Below are positions 24,181 to 47,400 of a DNA stretch of 64,000 nucleotides, in pieces (positions within the stretch are counted from its first letter, which is position 1; each line of letters begins with the position of its first letter). Both the position numbers and the translations under genes were made by a program. The DNA comes from Sminthopsis crassicaudata (taxonomy: Eukaryota): assembly GCF_048593235.1 (NCBI RefSeq), contig NC_133619.1, positions 612,600,558 to 612,664,557 of the forward strand. The letters are read 5' to 3'. The notes beneath the pieces are model-generated. The model was not told the origin of the DNA and made no database searches. It saw only the letters and a list, made by a program, of their open reading frames with translations.

Positions 24181-26830
24181 AAACAATTGATTCATTGACA
24201 TACAATAAATTTCAAGATTTTTTACATTTTTGAAAATTCTCAATATGTATTATATACTTTTGTTTCAAACACTTATATTGTATGGCTTAGCAATGAGTTT
24301 ACAAGATTTTTGACACATTTTTTAATTCTAAATCTTGAAACTACATTTTTGTCACATTGTCTATTAAGTTTACTTTTGATGAATAATTCTTCCCTTCCCC
24401 CAAGTCTAGCTTTGATGATGGATAATCATTTCATTTTTGGCAATTTTTATTGTTTTCCCCATTCAAGCCCAGATTGTCACAAGATGTAGAAAAAGGTGAT
24501 AGAAAGGAGGGGTAGGAAATTCAGTTTTTTAGAATCAGATTCTCATTAGTTTCAACTGGATCTGTTTAGTTTCTGGACCATACTATTGATTTTCAAGGAT
24601 ATATTGTCATTAACCAAGAGATAGAAAACCTTTACATCAACAAGCATTTATTAAGCTTCTACTATGTGTTAGGCACTAAGGATACAAACACAAGGATTGA
24701 AACAATCCCGATTCTTACATTCTAATGACAATAATTCAGAGAGTTCATGCTTCTTAAGAAAATTGACAAGAAAATTACACGAACGATGCCGATTGAAGTT
24801 AGTAGAACCAGGAGAACATTGTACACAGTGACAAAAAAGATTATGTGATAATCAACTATGATGGACTTGGCTCTTCCCAACAATGTGGTGATTCAAGGAA
24901 GTTCCAATAGAGCTGGCATGGAATACATTGATTTTCAATGGGGAGTTAAATCAGGTGAATTTCCAGGCCATTGAAAAATACTTATCTCCATCTCTTGAAT
25001 AAACTTTTTAACCTTCTGTATATGTGTCATAGTGCAAGATATTGTGCAATATTTTTGACACTGAAGAACTGTGTGAACCTAAGCACGTCACCTAAATTCC
25101 TTAGCTATCAGTTTTTTCATCTGTAAAAGGGGAATAATAATATTATGTACCTCACAGAATTGTTGTAAAGACCAAAGGAGAAATATAAATATTTATATGT
25201 AATATTAATATATCATTTATATTTAATATTAATATATTTAACATATAATCATTTAATTCTATTGCTATTTTATTATTGATTAATATATCATTATATATTA
25301 TCTATATAATAATACATTATAAATATATTAATATATAAATATATTAAAATTAATATAATTTATATTATATATACATATATGTGAAAGGTATATTACACAT
25401 TTTAGAGCATTATATAAATATTCTTCTGGAAGCCTGAATAGCCTTCAATCATTTCTTTTTTGGTTGTCCTCTATTCATAGTTTGAATCCATCACAGATAG
25501 TGACCAGTAAGAAACAAAGGTCTTAGGCCTTTTCCCTCTAACACCCAAAATCTGTCCCCATGAAAATGGACCTTGGTGCTTTGTCTCAATATTTTATTTC
25601 AGGTGAAGAAGATGTACCTACAGATTTTAATTATGTGAATATAAAAAGGTCAGGAGAATAAAGCAATAGAGTCTAAGAGTTTAAGTCCATTCCAAGTTTT
25701 ACAGATAGTCTATTACTAATGTCCTGAGAATCAAGGAATGACCTTCAAGTCTCAATAGTATCTGAAATATAGAATTATTCTTCAGTCCAGCCCCTTTTAG
25801 ATGGGAACTTGATGGGACCAATGCTATGTAGAAATACTTATTTGATAGACAAGCAATTCTCACAACACTAAAGATAGCATCTCATATCTTATCACAAACA
25901 AATTAGAAAAGCAAGGAAGGAGAGTCTTTTTATACAACTATGGATTGACCAAACAATGGACAGAGACTCACAAGACATAAAAAGGTTAATTTTTATTACA
26001 TTAAATTTAAACTGTTTTGCATAAAAAAGCAATCAAACAAAAATTAAAGAGCAGATTCCTCACATATATAGAGAACTGAACTAAATTTATAAGATTATGA
26101 GCTCGAATTGTTAAGTGCCCAATTGATATGAATAGGCAGTTTTCAGAAGAAGAAATTAAAGCTATCAATTAAATCACATGAAAAATGCTCAAAATCACAA
26201 ATAGAGAAATTTTCAGATTGGATAATATGACAAAAAAGGAAAATGAGAAATAATGGAAAGGATGTGAAAAGGCGGTACAGTAATGCACTTTTGATGGATT
26301 TGTGAAGTGTCTAATCACTCTGGAGAAGAATTTGGACTATATAAAAGGACTATAAAACTGTGCATGCTCTTTGACTCAGCAATACTACTTCTAAGTCTGT
26401 ATCACAAAGAGATTAAAGAAAAAAGAAAAGGTCCCATATATACAAAAATATTTTTAGCAGCTCTTTTTTTGTGGTGATAAAGAATTGGAAATTGAGGGAA
26501 TGCTCATCAATTAGGGAATGTCTGAACAAGCTGTGGTTATATAATTGTAAGGGAATACTATACATAAGAAATGACAAGCAGAAAAACCCAGCAAGCCTTA
26601 CATGAACTGATATAAAGTGAAGTACACAAAATTAGGAAGACATTATATAAAACTAGGAAGATATTGTGTACACTAACAACAATACTGAAAGAACCATCAA
26701 CTTAGCTACTCTGATCAATGCAATGATTTAAGACAATTAAAAAGGACTCATGATGAAAAATACTATTACCCTCCAGAGAGAGAACTAGACTTTGAATGTA
26801 TATTTTTTTCACAAGATGGCCAGAGCCCAA

Positions 26831-26834
<4 letters not shown>

Positions 26835-26921
<87 letters not shown>

Positions 26922-29838
26922 TTTTTATAATTATAACTTTTTTGACAGTACCTATGCATAGGTAATTTTTTTTTACATTATCCCTTGTACTCCCTTCTGT
27001 TCCGAATTTTTCCTCTCCTTCCCTCCAACCCCTCCCCTAGATGGCAGGCATTCCTATACATATTAAATATCTTAATAGTATATCCTAGGTACAATATATA
27101 TGTGCAGAACCGAATTTTGTTGTTATTGTTACAAAGGAGGAATTGTATTTGGAAGGTAAAAATAATCTGGGAAGAAAAACAAAACAAAACAAAATAATAA
27201 TAATGCTCACAGTTTACACTCATTTCCCAGTCTTCCTTTTCTGGATGTAGCTGATTCTGTTCATCATTGATCAATTGGAATTGGATTAGCTCTTCTCTAT
27301 GTTGAAGATCTCCACTTTCATCAGAACACATCCTCATACAGCATCATTGCTGAAGTGTATAATGATCTCCTAGTTCAGCTCGTTTCACTCAGCATCAGTA
27401 CATATAAGTCTCTCCAAGCCTCTCTGTATTCCTCCTGTTGGTCATTTCTTATAGAACAATAATATTCCATAACATTCATGTACCATAATTTACCCAACCA
27501 TTCTCCAATTGATGGACATCCATTCATTTTCCAGTTTCTAGCCACTACAAAAAGCTCTGCCACAAACATTTAGGCACATACAGGTCCCTTTTCCTTCTTC
27601 AGTATTTCCTTGGGATATAAGCCCAGTAGTAGCACTGCTGGGTCAAAGGGTATGCACATTTTGATAACTTGTGGGGCATAATTCCAGATTGCTCTCCAGA
27701 ATGGTTGGATTCTTTCACAACTCCACCAACAATGCATCAGTGTCCCAGTTTTCCCACAGCCCCTTCAACATTCATCGTTATTTGTTCCTGTCATCTTAGC
27801 CAATCTGACAGATGTGTAATGATATCTCACAGTTATCTTAATTTGCATTTCTCTGATCAATAGTGATTTGGAACACTCTTTCATATGAATGGAAATAGTT
27901 TTAATTTCATCATCTGAAAATTGTCTGTTCATATCCTTTAACCATTTATCAATTGGAGAGTGGCTTGATTTCTTATAAAAAATTCAATTCTCTGTATATT
28001 TTGGAGATGAGGCCTTTATCAGAACCTCTAACTGTAAAAATGTTTTCCCAATTTGTTACTTCCCTTCTAATCTTGTTTGCATTAGTTTTGTTTGTGCAGA
28101 AACTTTGTAATTTGATGTAATCAAAATTTTATATTTTGTGATCAATAATGGTCTCTAGTTCTCCTTTGGACACAAATTCCTTCCTCCTCCACAAGTCTGA
28201 GAGGTAAACCATCCCATGTTCCTCCAATGTATTTATGATCTCGTTCTTTATGCCTAAATCTTGGACCCATTTTGATCTTATCTTAGTATATGGTGTTAAA
28301 TGTGGGTCCATGCCTACTTTCTGCCATACTAATTTCCAGTTTTCCCAGCAGTTTTTGTCAAATAATGAATTCTTATCCCAAAAGTTGGGATCTTTGGGTT
28401 TGTCAAACACTAGATTGCTATTTTTATTCACTATCTTGACCTGTGAACCTAACCTATGCTACTGATCAACTAGTCTATTTCTTAGCCAATACCAAATGGT
28501 TTTGGTGACTGTTGCTTTATAATATAGTTCTAGATCAGGTACAGCTAGACCACCTTCATTTAATTTTTTTTTCCTTACTTCCCTTGAAATTCTCCACCTT
28601 TTGTTGTTCCATATGAATTCTGTTGTTATTTTTTCTAGGTCATTAAAATAGTTTCTTGGGAGTCTAATTGGTATATCACTAAATAAATAGATTAGTTTAG
28701 GGAGTATTGTCATCTTAATTATATTTGCTCAGCCTATCCAAGAGCACTCAATGCCTTTCCAATTATTTAAATCTGACTTTATTTTTGTGGCAAGTGTTTT
28801 GTAATTTTGCTCATATAATTCCTGACTTTCCTTTGGTAGATATATTCCCAAATATTTTATACTATCGACAGTTATTTTGAATGGAATTTCTCTTTGTACC
28901 TCTTGCTCTTGGATTGTGTTGGTAATGTATAAAAATACTGAGGATTTATGTGGATTTATTTTGTATCCTGAAACTTTGCTAAAGTTCTGAATTATTTCTA
29001 ATAGCTTTTTAGCAGAGTCTTTGGGGTTCTCTAAGTATACCATCATGTCATCTGCAAAGAGTGATAGTTTGATTTCCTCATTTCCTACTCTAATTCCTTG
29101 AATCTCTTTCTCAGCTCTTATTGCCGAGGCTAGCATTTCTAGTACTATATTGAATAGTAATGGTGATAGTGGACAACCTTGTTTCACTCCTGATCTTACA
29201 GGGAAAGGTTCCAGTTTATCGCCATTACATATGATGTTTACTGATGGTTTTAAATATATGCTCGTTATTATTTTAAGGAATAGTCCATTTATTCCTATAC
29301 TCTCAAGCGTTTTTAGTAGGAATGGATGTTGGATTTTATCAAATGCTTTTTCTGCATCTATTGAGATGATCATATGGTATTTATTAATTTGATTATTAAT
29401 ATGGTCAATTATACTAATAGTTTTCCTAATATTAAACCAGCCCTGCATTCCTGGTATAAATCCTACTTGATCATAGTGTATTATCCTAGGGATGATTTTC
29501 TGAAGTCTTTTTGCTAATATCTTATTTAAGATTTTAGTATCAATATTCATTAAGGAAATTGGTCTATAGTTTTCTTTCTCAGTTTTCAATCTACCTGGTT
29601 TAGGTATCAGTACCATGTCTGTATCATAAAAGGAATTTGGTAGCACTCCTTCAATCCCTATTTTTTCAAATAGTTTATATAGCATTGGAGTTAGTTGTTC
29701 TTTAAATGTTTGGTAGAATTCACATGTAAATCCATCTGGTCCTCGGGATTTTTTCTTAGGGAATTGGTTGATAGCTTGTTCTATTTCTTTTTCTGATATA
29801 GGACTATTTAGACTATTACTTCTTCCTCTGTTAATCTG
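26835..29838 (-). mobile_element. 5'-truncated L1 (~3.0 kb) with RT domain, disrupted; (TA)40 tail
   Basis: 373-aa ORF with PGPDGF-like, [10 protein letters not shown] and LFADD motifs; stops/frameshifts downstream; TSD gagcccaaacat at 26823-26834 and 29839-29850. Confidence 0.93.
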
Positions 29839-31282
29839 GAGCCCAAACATGCTTGCATGGCTTCACATGAATGATGGATATTGTATTCCTTGATTTCTCA
29901 ACAGGTAGGGGTGAGGGTGAAGGGAGGGAGAAAATTTGTGACTGAAAGTAAAATAAAAATTCAATGTAATTGGAAAATATTTAACAAAATAAATAAAAAA
30001 TAGTGACATAAAAAAACAAGAAGGATAAGAGTTAAAAGAAATCTTTGTTCCAAACTTCTATGATTAATGTGTGATATCCAAAACATTTGGAAGATTAAGG
30101 CAGGCAGCTAACCAACATGGGTTGACACAATCAGGTTGTGTAGAGACTGGCACATAGTAAATGCTTGATACATATTTTGATTAATTGGTAGATTGCTCTG
30201 CAAATATTAAAATGCCATATAAATGCTATTTTTGTTACAATTAAAATCTGTAACAATAAGAGCCATTTCATGATGTCCGGTCACCTTTCAGTCATGTTCA
30301 GTTCTTTGTGACCCCATTTGGGGTTTTCTTGGCAGAGATATAGAGTTCTCTAGCTCATTTTTTAGATGAGGAAATGGAAGCAAACAGATTTAAGTGACTT
30401 GACCAGAATCACACACCAGTAAGTGTTTGAAGCCAGATTTAAGTTCAGGAAGATAAATGTTCCCGATTCCAGGTCCAGTGCTGTATTCATTTCATCATTT
30501 AGATTCTTTAGCAAATTATGGTCAAACGATATAAACAGGCAGATTGAAAAATAAATACAAGCTATCAAATAAATAATGTTCCAAATCCTTAGTAATGAGA
30601 GAAATGCAAGCTACATTAACCCCAAAGTTTTCATCTTATATCCATCAAATTGAGAGAAAAAAGGGCAATTATTGGAGAGATTATAGAAAGACAGACATAC
30701 TAATATATTGTTATTACTGGAGCTGGAAATTGTTTCAACTAATCTGGAAAGCACTTTGGAATTATATCCCCAAAATTATTTAACTGTGAATACCCTTTAC
30801 TCCAGAGAGATCAGAGAGGACTCACATGTTTAAAAATGTTTACAATGGAACTTTTTGTTTTAATAAAGGGGATGGCCTTTGGGGAATGGCTGAACACAGT
30901 ATCATATGTGACTCTATTGGAACATCATTGTGCCCTAAGGAAAAAAGAAAGTCTTAGATTCAAAGAAACCTAGGAATACTTTTATGAACTGATGCAAAGT
31001 GAAGCATCAGGAAAATAATTTACACAACGACTACAATATTACAGAGGAAAACAACTTTGAAAGACTTAGTAACTCTTACCAATTCAGTGAGCAGCCACAT
31101 TGCCAGAAGAGCAACTATGACAGAGCATGAATTTCCACTTTCTCACAGAGAAGTGATAGATTTCAGAGGTGTAAGAGAATACATTTTCTGACAAGACCAG
31201 TGTATGGATCTTTTGTTGTTCTTGATCCTATATATTTGGGGAGCATCTGGGGAGAGAATGTTGTTTAAATTTTTGGGGGGTG

Positions 31283-32160
31283 TCAGATTGGCTAAGATGA
31301 CAGGAACAAATAATGATAAATGTTGGAGGGGATGTGGGAAAACTGGGACACTGATACATTGTTGGTGGAGTTGTGAAAGAATCCAACCATTCTGGAGAGC
31401 AATCTGGAATTATGCCCCAAAAGTTATCAAACTGCATGCCCTTTGATCCAGCAGTGTTACTACTGGGCTTATATCCCAAAGAGATCTTAAAGGAGGGAAA
31501 GGGACCTGTATGTGCCAAAATGTTTGTGGCAGCCCTCCTTGTAGTGGCCAGAAACTGGAAGATGAACGGATGTTCATCAGTTAGAGATGGCTGAATAAAT
31601 TGTGGTATGTGAATGTTATGGATTATTATTGTTGTATAAGAAATGACCAGCAGGATGACTTCAGAGAGGTCTGAAGAGACTTACAGGAACTGATGCTGAG
31701 TGGAATGAGGACCAGGAGATCATTATATACTACAACAACAATACTGTATGAGGATGTATTCTGATGGACGTGGCCCTCTCTAACAATGAGATGAACCAAA
31801 TCAGTTCCAATTGTTCAGTGATGAAGAGAACCAGCTACACCCAGAGAAAGAACTCGGGGAGACGATTATGACTACATAGAATTCCAGATCCCTCTAATTT
31901 TGTCCACCTGCATTTTGGATTTCCTTCACAGGCTAAATGTACACTTTCAAGGTCTGATTCAAAACAAGTGGACATATATTATATATATATATTGTATTTA
32001 ATTTATACTTTAACATATTTAACATGTATTGGTCAACCTGCCATCTGGGGGGGAGGGGAAAAATTGGATCAAAAGGTTTGGCAATTGTCAATGCTGAAAA
32101 ATTACCCATGCAAATATCTGGTAAATAAAAACTATTATAAAAGAAGAACAATAAAAAATT
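31283..32160 (+). mobile_element. 5'-truncated L1 3' fragment
   Basis: [29 protein letters not shown]; A-tail; approximate TSD aaattt(tt)gggggg. Confidence 0.88.
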
Positions 32161-32699
32161 TGGGGGGGAGGAGAGAAAGTTATGAGTGACAGAAAAGGGA
32201 GCAGTAATGATTTCCCTAAAAAAAATTGTGCTAATGAAACATTTAGAGCAAACAAAAAAGAAAGCAGATAGAAACTGAGATACCGACAAACAACAGCGTT
32301 GGAATTACCCTGTTAAATTTATTCTAGATTCAAAAAAAAAGTAAGCCTTCATAATTGAAATGCGTGGTTTCACAAGTACTTCTCTTTTTCTGTTCTTCTT
32401 TTTATTTGATATGATTGTATTTGATGCCTGTCGAGTTCATAATATTCTAAAAAGATTTTATGGCCTGGTTTTCCGTTAATTTGGTCAGTCTAGTTCAGTT
32501 CACTATTTTTATCTGGGAAAAAAAATCCAAGTAAAGTGAGATACCCCCGCCCAAATCTACACTATGTGATGTCTCTGGCTGGAAATCCCAGCGTATTTAT
32601 ACTATTTTAAAATACATTTTTGATTGATAGACGACGTGGTTACGTCACCTGTATTTCCCATTGCGCCCCCCCCCCCCCCACGCTCATTAATTCCTGCTC

Positions 32700-42679
<9,980 letters not shown>

Positions 42680-42874
42680 CTGCAGCCTGACCAATCCTGG
42701 CCAGGCCAGTGCCCTCGGCCCCATCAACCCGCCTTTGCCTTAACCTGCCGAGCTCGGCCTTTCAGATTCTCCAAGTCCTGGTTTTCCTGGATCCTTCCTG
42801 GATGGGAGACCTCTGGCCTCCTACCCTGTAGTTACTGTTAAGGACCAGGGCTGAGACTTGTCCTGTCCTGATGG

Positions 42875-42880
42875 AATAAA
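42875..42880 (+). terminator. Polyadenylation signal AATAAA of AKR7A2
   Basis: ~195 nt after the stop codon. Confidence 0.8.
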
Positions 42881-44191
42881 AGCAACTGTTGCACAAGAGA
42901 GTGGGTGACCTGGAGTGAATAGGAGCTAGGCCCTTCAGGGGCTGTTGGGGTCCTTGGTCCAAAGGCACCACTGTGAGAGACATAGTGCTGGAAAGGAATG
43001 GAAGGGTGGGGTGGGGGGAGGACCTTGGGGCAGGTAACCTGGCCCACATGGGCACAGCACGCCTTGCCCGGCTACTTTGGCTGCTGGCCCTGTCTGACCT
43101 CTGGCAGAGGAAGGCTAACCCCTTGGCCCTTGTCAGCTTTCCTAGCTGAGCAGCTCTGCTTCCCCAGTCACTATGGACTGGGATCCAGTGTCATTCCTCA
43201 GGCTGCCTGGCCTGGGGGGAGAGCTTGGGCCACTTCCCTTTTCAAAGTCAGGGATTGTGAGGGCTCTCCCAAAAGAGAAGGGGAATTTTACTGGGGTGGA
43301 GGCAATGGCCAGGTCTGAGAAAATCCTATAGAAGCAAACATGGGTAGTTTAGAGTAGAAGGTGCCTGAGATCTGGACTCATGCTGACTTAGATCTACCAT
43401 GTGATCACAGAAATGCATGCTAGGAAGCTTGTTTGCTCATCGAAAACCTGAAGCACATTGGTGTGCCTCATGAGTCAGGTAGGCCCCACCAAGAGGGCTC
43501 CTGCTGCAGCCCTGTTCTTCTGGGCAGCTCCCCCTTCTCACATGTGACCAGACAGATGGTGTCAAGCGCGGCAACTTCTCCAAGCACAGAACACTTCTGG
43601 GGCTGTTTGCGCACAGAAAACTGTTTAATGGTCTTACACACATGTCCCTCTAAGTGCCAGAAACCTCCCCCTGTCCAAAGAGAAGTTTGTGAGTCCTGAG
43701 TCAAGCTCGGGATTGGCAGAACCTGTCTTGTTGGGCGCAAGAAACCAAAGCACAGCTTCCAACTTGGGGAGCCAACCAGGAAATTTTCAACGCAGGGGCT
43801 TCTCCCCCACAGCTCTTTGGCCGCCTTCTATGTCCTCAGCCCATGCCTGGGACACGAGGGCTTCCTACAGTTGGCCATTATCTACTCCATCTTCTGAGTG
43901 ACTGTAGGTCGCCGGCTTACTAACCCCAGCTGGCAGGGCCTCTGTGTGCATCTGGCCTACTGCATGGGGGCATGAAGCTCAGCAAGTGCCAGGGGCTGCA
44001 TCTCCCCCCTGACACTTTCTGTCCCCGACATCTGGGAGGAGGGGAGGGAGTGGAGCTGGGAAACACCAGGCTGGAGACCTCCAGGGCTTGTGGGGTTTGG
44101 GCTGAGGACCAGAGAGAAGGGGCAGCAGGGAGCCAGCCCTTTCCCTTTGCCTCCAGGAAGAGCCCAGGGGCGCCCAGTCCATGGACAAGGC

Positions 44192-44197
44192 TTTATT
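44192..44197 (-). terminator. Probable polyadenylation signal of MRTO4
   Basis: tttatt on + (AATAAA on -), ~130 nt past the stop codon. Confidence 0.7.
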
Positions 44198-44328
44198 CCA
44201 TATAAAAGTACAGTCCTGAGGGCACTGCGCCTCTCTCCCTCCTGAGAGTCCTGCAGAATGAATCTCTACTCCCTTAGCAATGGGAGGCAGCCTGGCCCGA
44301 CCTGGGGACTCCAGACTGAGCCCACCGG

Positions 44329-44484
44329 TCAGTCATCGTCGGAGTCCTCCGATTCCTTTGAGGAGCTGATGTCATCGTCATCTTCCTCTGCATCCTCCCC
44401 TAGGTGCTCAAACTTGCCTGACTCAGCCTGCCACAGGTATTTGATGTTAACTCTGAACTCGGCCATTTCGAACCCAAACAGCTT
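44329..44484 (-). CDS. MRTO4: MRTO4 exon 8 ([10 protein letters not shown]...DSDDD*)
   Basis: 156 nt; ctgcag| acceptor; TGA. Confidence 0.93.
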   Translation of the reverse strand, partial: KLFGFEMAEFRVNIKYLWQAESGKFEHLGEDAEEDDDDISSSKESEDSDDD

Positions 44485-47400
44485 CTGCAGAGAGCACAGG
44501 GGTGGGGAAGGTTAGGGGCAGAAAAGCTGAGGCACAAGGGTCTCAGCTGCCACTCCCAGCCCCCCTCACTCACCAGGACTCGGGCCTGCTCGGGGGTCAG
44601 CACGTCGCCCTCCTTGCACACTTGGTAGTCAGAGAGCAGGGTCACCACACCTGTGGAGAGGGTTGGGCTGAGGCAGGCCCACAGGGGATCCCATCCACCA
44701 CGGCCCCCGCTGGCCCTGGGCTCTTCATGAGGAGTCTTGAGTCAGAACCTCAAGAGTCACACGCGACCCCTACCCACCATGCCTAACAGTGCATATGCTC
44801 TCACACACCCCACAGCCCACCACCTCTAAGGGGGGGGAAGCCTGGGCCGGGTTTCCAAGCCAACCCAAGCCACGCTTCCTTTACCTTTCTTGAGGGCAGT
44901 GGGGAGGCCGAGCTGCCTCAGCTGGGGCTCCATCGAGTGGGGGAACTGCTCTAGGGGCCCTGCATCCAGGCTGACGGTGAAGGTGGCTTTGTTACCTGCC
45001 CGCGCGTAATCCATCTCAGTGTATTTACTGAACCACCTGGGGGGTGCAAGGAAGGAAGGGAGTCACTGCCACAGCTCTTGTCCAATGGCTCATGTAAGCC
45101 AGAGGCCATTGCTCTGGACCCCCAAGCCCAAAGGCACAGCAGTAGCCAGCCTCCTCACCTGCTCATTTTAGAGGCCCAAGTCCCACAGGCAGAAGGAGGT
45201 AGGATCCATGCCCAACATGCTCACACAGGACCTGTGCAGGCCCAGTAATATGTGGGGACCAGGCTAGGAGGATCCTGGGCCCAGGTCCCTGACCTTGGTG
45301 TACCTAGGCACTGGTTAATAAATGAACTAGGCAGCTGAGATGGTGGGAGGCTCAGGAAGCCCCTCAGCCTTGCTAGCAGCAGTGTCCTTCGCCTACCCGG
45401 CCCCCAGGAAGCCTCATGTAGATGCTGGCTGCTCGTCTACCTGGGCCTGTGTGCTCCTCCAGAGCCTGTGATCGGAGCTCAGGACCGTCCTCCCTACCTA
45501 GTAGGACTTGCTCTGGGTGCAGAGGCCTGGCCTGGGCCCAGCCTGTGACATCACAACTTTTTCAGTTGTACCAGAACTGAGCCCTGGGCCCAAAGGCTCC
45601 AGAGCACTAAAGGTGAAGAAGAGTAGGGAGCCTAGAGACCCTCCCAGCCTGTCCCAGCAGCTCTCCTGGGCTGGCCTCCAGGGGCCGGGTCTGCTTCTCC
45701 CCTCAGTCACAAACCCTCCCAGTCTCAGCACTCACTCATTCACTTCCTTCTTTGTTCTGTTGGTGAATAAGAGGCCGACTTCACCCCTCAGTTTCTTGCT
45801 GACCTTTGGGAAACAAACAAACAACCTCATGTCACCAGGGCCCAGGGGAGCTGCAGATGCGTCGAGGTGTGGAACTCCCAGCCCCAGTCCTGGAGTTCCA
45901 GCCACTGCTTGAACTTCCCCACAAGGCAACCCCTGTCATTGCCGGGCAACTCTGGGACGCTGCCCACTGAGCCGCCAGGACCAAAACCCGTATCTCCCGC
46001 ACCAGCCAAGGCCTTTTTGTTACTTTCATGCTCACAAGGGTCATTATAGATTAGGTTGAGTTGGGGGTGGTCCAGAAGGGGCAGGGGACAGAAGAAGATC
46101 AAGTCAGAGGGAGAGGATCAAGGATGGGCAGCTGCTCTCCCCAGTCCTGCCCGAGGCCGGTCTTCTCTGTGGGGGACACATTTCTTCTACCCTACCTGCA
46201 AATTAGGGAAGTCACTCCCTTAGAACCGGGGCCCTTAACCTGGCATCTCTAAACTTGTTTTTAAAAGGCCAGCCAACCCTATTTTGATAACTCTATTTAA
46301 GTAGTTTCCTTTGTAATCCCATGCACTTATTTTGTAGATTAAAAAGCCTGGCTTTTAAAGAGTTGAGGTTTAGGGTCTTACCAGAGACACTGTCAAAGGA
46401 GGGCTCGTAATGCAGCAAAACAAGTCATGACTAGGTGAGCTGCTCCCTCCCCAACTTTTATTCTGTTGTTCCTCAGAGAAGAGGAACAAAATGGCTCTGG
46501 TAGAGAAAGTGGTGAACCACTTGGGGAGGAGGAGTGAGACCAAAATGTTTTGTGGATGTAGGGGCAATGGTAGGGAGAGGGCAGGGTCTCCCAGGTGCTC
46601 AGCACCCAAGCTCTGGAAGCTCTAGAGCTCCAAGAAGCCAGGCTCCCTCTGTCCTGCTCATACACATTTCATGCTCATAGCAGGGTACATGTAACTGGCT
46701 AGGGGGGCCCTGTCTTAGACCAGTAGAATGGGATCTCCCCCTCCCCCCAGGATATAGAGCAAGGGCCCACCTGGTGCAGGTTGTCCTTATATTCATCAGC
46801 AGGACCTCGACCCAAAGCTACCATCATGACTTTGTTCTTGCCAAAGAATATCCTGCAGAGAAAGACAAGGAAATTATCAGGTGGAAATGATCTTTCCTGG
46901 GTTCTTTCTCTACTTTCCAGGGAAATTCTGCAAGGTGTTTATGGACCCAAGCACCAGGAATCTCAGTGCTGGCTCGGCGCCTCCTCACTAATTAATGCCT
47001 GTAAGCAGATCCCTTCCCCTCCATTTCCAGTTTTAAAATGATAATAGTCCTTGATCTGACTGGCCTGGGAGGAAAGTACTCTGTGAGCCTCAAGGCACGA
47101 CAGAAATGGAAATCACTCCTGTCATTATTGAGCTGCTTGCCCGATGGCTAGGCTGGGAAGGTGGAACCCCTGGACCTGAAAAGGGCATGAAAACTTCACA
47201 ACAACCCTGGAGGGGGATGCTGCAGATAGTATTAGTCTCATTTTAAAATGACGGTGAACCATAGAGGTTAAGTTACTGGCCCAGGGTCACAGAGCTCAGG
47301 TAAGATGTGGGACTAGAATTTGCATCCAGCACTTTCTCTTCTAATCCTGCTGTTGGTCAAATCAAGATGGAAAGGACTTTTGTATAATATTTGTATGACA

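Larger units (their letters stand above)
17230..30020 (+). mobile_element. Ancient L1 (ORF2 through 3'UTR) fragmented by nested insertions
   Basis: Collinear decayed pieces: EN start ~17230 (LNVNG-like), EN ~19225, RT ~19750-20395 (PG.D.F...FY.TF.EQLIP-like), ~21036-21600, ~22880-23010, C-terminus ~25860-26820, 3'UTR and A-tail 29851-30020. Confidence 0.6.

Noticed and set aside
21590-25420. AT-rich low-complexity tracts (21590-21770, 22380-22580, 25190-25420) as functional palindromes
   Set aside because: No long perfect inverted symmetry was evident; they look like decayed microsatellites.
25595-25655. Exon-like segment (tttcag|...aaaag|gtcagg)
   Set aside because: 46 nt, no recognisable peptide, weak donor, and no partner exons.
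28129-29850. Reverse-transcriptase ORFs as an active element or domesticated gene
   Set aside because: 5'-truncated (no promoter, ORF1 or endonuclease), interrupted by stops and frameshifts, and bounded by a TSD.
16560-32580. A third AKR7A copy or pseudogene (AKR7L equivalent)
   Set aside because: No AKR7A exon-like sequence was found in the spacer.
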